Made by a program: the position numbers and the translations under genes
The notes under the pieces: generated by a model
What the model was told of the DNA's origin: nothing
Database searches by the model: none
What the model saw: the letters and a program-made list of their open reading frames with translations, nothing else
NCBI GenBank assembly: GCA_043732485.1
Contig: JAYTHP010000096.1
Location: 1-34,830 of the forward strand
Direction of reading: 5' to 3'
DNA from: Oligoflexia bacterium
GTDB lineage: Bacteria; Bdellovibrionota; UBA1018
DNA: 34,830 nt
Part shown: positions 27,918 through 34,830 of the stretch, one piece after another
Layout: every line of letters starts with the position of its first letter
Position numbering within the stretch: position 1 is the first letter of the stretch

Positions 27918-29229
27918 GCGCGAGCAAAAAAAAAGAAAAAGGGGCAACCAAGCTTTGAATCCACCAAAAGCCGTCAGACACTCTGCCACGAAGCCTGGCA
28001 AAAAGTTTAAAAAAAATCGTTTCAAACACTTCATTTTTGATGGTTTTTGGAGCTCCATTTGTGAGGGCTCAGCGGAGAGCAATCTGCCGGCCTACGCCAC
28101 CTCGCTGTTGCAAGCCACGCCACCGCAACTGAGTTTCTTTCTAGCAGCCCAGTCGTTTCTTGGGGCAGCTTTGCAGTTTTGGAGCGAGCAGTTTGTTTTG
28201 CTGTTTAAGCGGCAAAAAAGAGTGGTCTTGGGTTGTGTGACTCTGCAGTTGTGCATCTTGGCGTTTATTTTGTTTCGGATCTTGAATGAGATCTCGCCTT
28301 ACACCTTCTTGTTTCTCACGTTTTTTTACAACACAGTTGGAAGTCTGAGCAGTTCGGTCTGGAATTCGTGGATCTCGAATTTGTTGCCGGAAAAACGCCG
28401 GGGCTTTTACTTTGGGGCGAGAAACCGCAAGGCTTACTTAGCGAATTTCTTTTCGGTCTTAGCAGCAGGCGTTCTGTTGCAAAAGGGGGAAGCGTTTTTC
28501 AATCAGGGCAAACTAGGTTTGCAGTTTGCCTTTTTTGGGGTTTTTGCTTTGGGTTTGTTTGGCAAAATTTTGGCGCTCAGGCACCTGATTTGGCAACCGG
28601 AGGCTAAATTTCATCCAGTCAGTCCCAAGCACTCGCCCTTGCATTTGCTGCTTGAGAACGTCAGGATTAGTAAATACCGTCGCATGTTTCTTTATTTTGG
28701 CTTTACCGGGTTTGCCATTAGTTTTGCTGCAGCCTTTCAAGTGCCTTACATGCTCAACCAGTTGCATCTCGATTACATGACCTTTACCTCGAGTATTGCC
28801 ATCTATGTTGCGGCCCGCTTTTTGGTTGCGCCGTGGATTGGGCAATTAGTGGATCAAAAAGGTTCGAAAGTGGTGTTAGTCGCTTCCACTTGCTTGATGC
28901 CATTGATCTCACTGGGGTGGGCTTTTGCCCAAGATTATCGCCATATCTTTGTGCTGCAGTTTCTTACAGGCGTGTTGTGGGCGGGGTTTGATTTGTGTTC
29001 CTTTACTTACCTGGCTGAGATTACGAGTAAGGACAAGAGGCAGACCATTTTTACGCTAAAAAACGTCATTTGGAGCCTTTCCTCGGGGCTCGGGGCGACA
29101 GCCGGTGGATTTGTTTATTACTTTTATCCTAATTATGTTTTACTCTTTCTAATATCAGTCGGGGTGCGCGCGGTCGGTGGGTTCTTTTCTTGTTTCCTCG
29201 ACAAGCCTGTAAGGCAGCCGAACAGGTAG
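27910..29229 (+). CDS. MFS transporter
   Basis: About 12 hydrophobic segments; WNSWISNLLPEKRRGFYFG; MFS motif GQLVDQKGSK. TTG start overlapping the rhodanese stop is tentative. Confidence 0.85.
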   Translation: MPKREQKKRKRGNQALNPPKAVRHSATKPGKKFKKNRFKHFIFDGFWSSICEGSAESNLPAYATSLLQATPPQLSFFLAAQSFLGAALQFWSEQFVLLFKRQKRVVLGCVTLQLCILAFILFRILNEISPYTFLFLTFFYNTVGSLSSSVWNSWISNLLPEKRRGFYFGARNRKAYLANFFSVLAAGVLLQKGEAFFNQGKLGLQFAFFGVFALGLFGKILALRHLIWQPEAKFHPVSPKHSPLHLLLENVRISKYRRMFLYFGFTGFAISFAAAFQVPYMLNQLHLDYMTFTSSIAIYVAARFLVAPWIGQLVDQKGSKVVLVASTCLMPLISLGWAFAQDYRHIFVLQFLTGVLWAGFDLCSFTYLAEITSKDKRQTIFTLKNVIWSLSSGLGATAGGFVYYFYPNYVLLFLISVGVRAVGGFFSCFLDKPVRQPNR

Positions 29230-29332
29230 AGTGGAAGCTGACAGGGCTTTGCTGCAAAGGCGCGTAAGGTGGGGGCTTGGTTTGGGGGGTGACAAGACTT
29301 TGACGCGCCACTGGCCTGTGCAGACGTCTTAA

Positions 29333-31471
<2,139 letters not shown>

Positions 31472-31530
31472 GAGAAAGCAGCGGCGGCGGAGCGAGCGGG
31501 GCTGTGTGGGTGCGACGGGCCCTGTGGCGC

Positions 31531-33945
31531 TTAAAATAGCAAAAAACCAAAACGGATGGGCATCGGCAAGGTCACAACCCGCATGCCGCCTAGTTTCCAG
31601 AAGCGATCTTTGGGATTTTGCTCCCACGCCTGCTCGAAACGCACGCCGCTTGTTCCGGGATCGACCCGGTTAAAGGCCACGCGCTCGAGCGTCCGGCTGA
31701 TCAGTTCGCGGGCTAGCGGATCAGTTTCAACCGGATCGCGCGGGTCGCTTAAGGCTGCAATCAGCGCCGCCCGCAGCGAATCGCTAAAGTAGGCGCCAGC
31801 CCTGCCCCCACCGGGTAGGGGTCCGAGATGCCCTGCGTATCTCGTCAGGTAATCGAGGGCTTGGAGAGCTGCCATGCGCCGTTTGGCAAGCGGCCCGAAG
31901 CGAAATTGCTGCACGAGATGGGTCCAGACTTGTAGCAGGAGCTCGCCTGTCACGCCGGGGCGATTTTGCAATTCAAGGGTTTCTAGCACTAGGCGCTCGA
32001 GGTGAAAATGCCAGCGCACTTCGCGGGCTTCGCTGTCCAAGCCGGGGTCCAGGTGGGGATTAAGGCTGGGTAGTTGCGTTTGCTCAAGTGAGCGCAAGAT
32101 GCGGTGCTGGAGCACGAAGGCGGGATGGGTGTGCAACAGTAGGGTTTCTTGCAAGGAGCACAAGACGGCAGGCTCAATCGACAGGCGTAGCAGGGTTTGT
32201 CGCACCTGCTGGAAATTTTCCTGACGCGGGTGGTCTGGGTGCGGGGGGCGTTGGAGGACGTTGGCGCTTGAGGAGTCTGAATCCGAGCTTGAGTCTGAGC
32301 TGCGCAAGGAGGCTTGGGTTCCTAAGCGCGCCCCGGAAACGGATAGCGACGCAGCCCCTGCGGCTTGAGAGGGTGGGTGGGTTTGCGCTAAGGCGGCTTG
32401 AAAAGCCTGCAAAATCTCCAAGCGGCCTTGCAAATCAAGATCCTTGGCGCGGGCTAGTCCTTTGATGATCTGGATTTGCTGGCGTGCGGTGCGGCGGCCT
32501 GAGAGCAGCTGGCTGAGAAAGTAATGACGCAAGGGGTCGCTTGCGCCGACCTCAGGGAGCAGTACTTGGGCTCCGAGCGACCAGACGTGGGGATCGTTTG
32601 AGGTGAGCTGGGCGTGGGCTTCTTGCAGTAAGACGGAGCGTGGTCGTGGGATCAGCTGGTCTAGGGCTTTGCGAGCTAAACTTTTGATCAGTAAGTCGGG
32701 GCTAAAACTCGCCCAGGTACTGAGGTAAGCGTGAAAAGTGAGAACGATCAGCTGTCTGCGGTGGGCGATTAAATCCCGGAGAACGGAGGCAACGAGTTGC
32801 GGTTGCAAGGAGACGTGACGAAAAAGCGCTTCAAACGCCGCTCGAACTTGCGGCCGGACGGGAAAGTCGGAGGCTAGGAGACCGAGTGCCCGTCGCTGGA
32901 CGGCGTGATCGGAGGTGGCTGCCATGGCCAGCAGGACTTGGATTTGCTGCTCCCGCAAGGCGCGTTGCTCGATTTCTCCGTCTTCAGCCTGAGTGGCTGC
33001 AACCAGCAGCGCATAGCGGGCCGCAAGGTCAGGCTCAAGCGCGGGATTAAGAAAAAAAAGTTGCAGCTGGGTCTCTTCCGGGTGTGTCATCAAGGCTCTG
33101 CCTAGCGCTTTGATCGCTTGCACCTTGCGCCTCGAGCGCGAGGCGGCCTCAGGGGGGATGAGCAGGAGGCCAGGCTGAGCTCCCAGAGGAGTGCCCAGGT
33201 GAGCGCCTTGCCACTCCACCAGTTGCAGTAGCATGAGGTCAGGATCGATGTCATGGGGGACGTTGCCCTGGTCATTTGCTTGGTGAGGGTCATTGCCTGG
33301 TTCGTCATCCGCTTCCTGGTCCCCTTGAGCTGAGGATCGGGCGACCGCTGCTGGGGTCACAAGCGATCGGAGAGGGAGGAGCGTGGGTCTTGCCCCGAAA
33401 CTCAGGTAGGTGTGCAAGACGGCAGGACTGAGCGGTTCTTGGGTCAATAGGGGCGCCACGAGCGAGTTCACGCGCATCCACTCGGCCTCAGGCGTTTCAG
33501 GATCAAGCAAAGTGGCAAGCGAGTGCTCTAAGAGTTCGCGAAAGTAGCGTGGAAAATCGGACCCAGCCAGCTCGGCGCGGGCTTTTTGATCGCCCGCCCG
33601 GACCTTCAGCTCCTGCTGGGCAACCGCTCGCAGCGTGCGGTCGACGGACCGGGCCTGAGTGAGGTCGCGAACGTTGAGCTGCTCCGTGATTTTTCGCATT
33701 AATTCGGGAGGGAGGTCGCACAGAGTCATGGCGGGGTTTTCCATGGCGGCTAGGGAGGAAGCGGTGAGCGCGGTGAGTGCGCTCAGCCAAGCGCTCACTC
33801 TCAGGCCCGCAGGTAAGCGGCCGGGGAATCTTGCGAGGGCAAACAACGGGGTCAAGCGCAACCCAAAGACGGTCCAGTGAGCTTGACGGGGGGAGTGAGG
33901 GGGGTGAGGACAGGGTGAGCGGCGGGATGAAAAAAGTCGCGGCAT
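31531..33945 (-). CDS. Large signal-peptide + F-box protein with helical C-terminal region
   Basis: AGGAGG before ATG 33945; hydrophobic AWLSALTALTASSLAA|ME; F-box LCDLPPELMRKITEQLNVRDLTQARSVDRTLRAVA; Leu/Ala/Gln-rich remainder. Confidence 0.75.
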   Translation of the reverse strand: MPRLFSSRRSPCPHPPHSPRQAHWTVFGLRLTPLFALARFPGRLPAGLRVSAWLSALTALTASSLAAMENPAMTLCDLPPELMRKITEQLNVRDLTQARSVDRTLRAVAQQELKVRAGDQKARAELAGSDFPRYFRELLEHSLATLLDPETPEAEWMRVNSLVAPLLTQEPLSPAVLHTYLSFGARPTLLPLRSLVTPAAVARSSAQGDQEADDEPGNDPHQANDQGNVPHDIDPDLMLLQLVEWQGAHLGTPLGAQPGLLLIPPEAASRSRRKVQAIKALGRALMTHPEETQLQLFFLNPALEPDLAARYALLVAATQAEDGEIEQRALREQQIQVLLAMAATSDHAVQRRALGLLASDFPVRPQVRAAFEALFRHVSLQPQLVASVLRDLIAHRRQLIVLTFHAYLSTWASFSPDLLIKSLARKALDQLIPRPRSVLLQEAHAQLTSNDPHVWSLGAQVLLPEVGASDPLRHYFLSQLLSGRRTARQQIQIIKGLARAKDLDLQGRLEILQAFQAALAQTHPPSQAAGAASLSVSGARLGTQASLRSSDSSSDSDSSSANVLQRPPHPDHPRQENFQQVRQTLLRLSIEPAVLCSLQETLLLHTHPAFVLQHRILRSLEQTQLPSLNPHLDPGLDSEAREVRWHFHLERLVLETLELQNRPGVTGELLLQVWTHLVQQFRFGPLAKRRMAALQALDYLTRYAGHLGPLPGGGRAGAYFSDSLRAALIAALSDPRDPVETDPLARELISRTLERVAFNRVDPGTSGVRFEQAWEQNPKDRFWKLGGMRVVTLPMPIRFGFLLF

Positions 33946-34210
33946 AATCGTGCAAGACCTCCTTAACTCAAAGTTTACAGGGTTTTTTAAATTTATGCTC
34001 AAATTAATGTAAATTTTCGGTGCTCAGGAAAACGAATTGCGCTGTTTTTGCCTTTTTGGACAGCGGACGGGGTGCACGCAAAGTGGCAGGCAATGAGGGA
34101 CGTAATGAGGCAGAGGACAGCAGAGAGAGAGAAAAAGAGAGGGTGTGTGTGGGTGGGTTGTAGTCAGTTTTTTGACGCCAAGCATGTGGGGGCGTCTTTT
34201 GGGTGTGATT

Positions 34211-34830
34211 TATAAGGTTATACCAAAAACTGTTAATTACTAGTCTATTTTTTACCTTGAAGGCTACTCTAATTTGTTAGAACTTTTTTCTCAAGATGTC
34301 AAAAAAAAAATAAGATCTAAGCAGTCGGTTAAGATTCTTGAAAAGCAATCTAAATTAAAAATTAATGAGCCCATCCGAGAGCGGATTAGAGTTATTATAA
34401 TGGCTCTAAAGGGGCATACAGATCAAGAAATTGCTGAGTTTCTTGGAAGGTCATTAGGTTGGGTGAAAAAATGGGTAGCCCGATTTTCGGCGGGTGAATT
34501 GGAAAATCTATTTGATAAGCTAAGAAGTGGAAAGCCGCCACGACTGCAGCCAGCAAAAAAAGATGAGCTTAGGGAAGCGATCCTCAAAGGACCAGCGGAG
34601 GGAGAAGCGCTTGCTCGTTTTAGAGTTTTAGATGTGGTGGACCTAGCAGAAAAGAAGTTCGGCATCGCATATTCAATTAGCGGCATGTGAGGCATGATGA
34701 AGAAAATGGGGCTGAGCCATATGAAGCCCAGGCCAATACATCCGAAGAAGGATAAGGAAGCCGCAAACGGATGGAAAAAAAAACCCCAAAAATTCATAAA
34801 TCAGCTACAAAAAGAAAATCCCAGCGCGGA
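34211..34830 (+). mobile_element. IS630-family element, left part; transposase interrupted and cut by the window edge
   Basis: HTH region EIAEFLGRSLGWVKKWVARF...RSGKPPRL, then YSISGM*GMMKKMGLSHMKPRPIHPKKD. AT-rich. Left end near the TA at ~34211 is approximate. Confidence 0.85.

Overview
Bacterial chromosomal window, probably from a Bdellovibrionota/Oligoflexia-like organism (inferred from gene order and my recollection of homologues; not searched). Bases 1-14580 hold a flagellar cluster: flgE-fliL-fliM-fliN-fliO-fliP-fliQ-fliR-flhB-flhA-flhF-fliA. It has several oddities: no flhG, a FlhF with degenerate GTPase motifs, flhB apparently starting at CTG, a 591-aa FliO, and roughly 100-aa insertions in FliM and FliA. 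Bases ~14.6-22.4 kb are a decaying accessory zone: an IS4-family remnant, an unexplained structured non-coding segment, a PilZ protein, an orphan MqsA-like antitoxin, two tandem D-Ala-D-Ala dipeptidase pseudogenes, an AAA/DUF4143-type pseudogene and an IS21 istB remnant. The right part holds a low-complexity protein with a signal-like N-terminus and an NLS-like motif, tyrS, a PaaI thioesterase, an SLT lytic transglycosylase, rhodanese-MFS-fadH, a ~800-aa signal-peptide + F-box protein, and an interrupted IS630 at the window edge. The most interesting inference is that exported proteins with eukaryotic-type motifs (F-box, NLS), together with pseudogene/IS accumulation, point to a eukaryote-associated lifestyle in a lineage known mainly for bacterial predators. 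No rRNA, tRNA or CRISPR array was seen.
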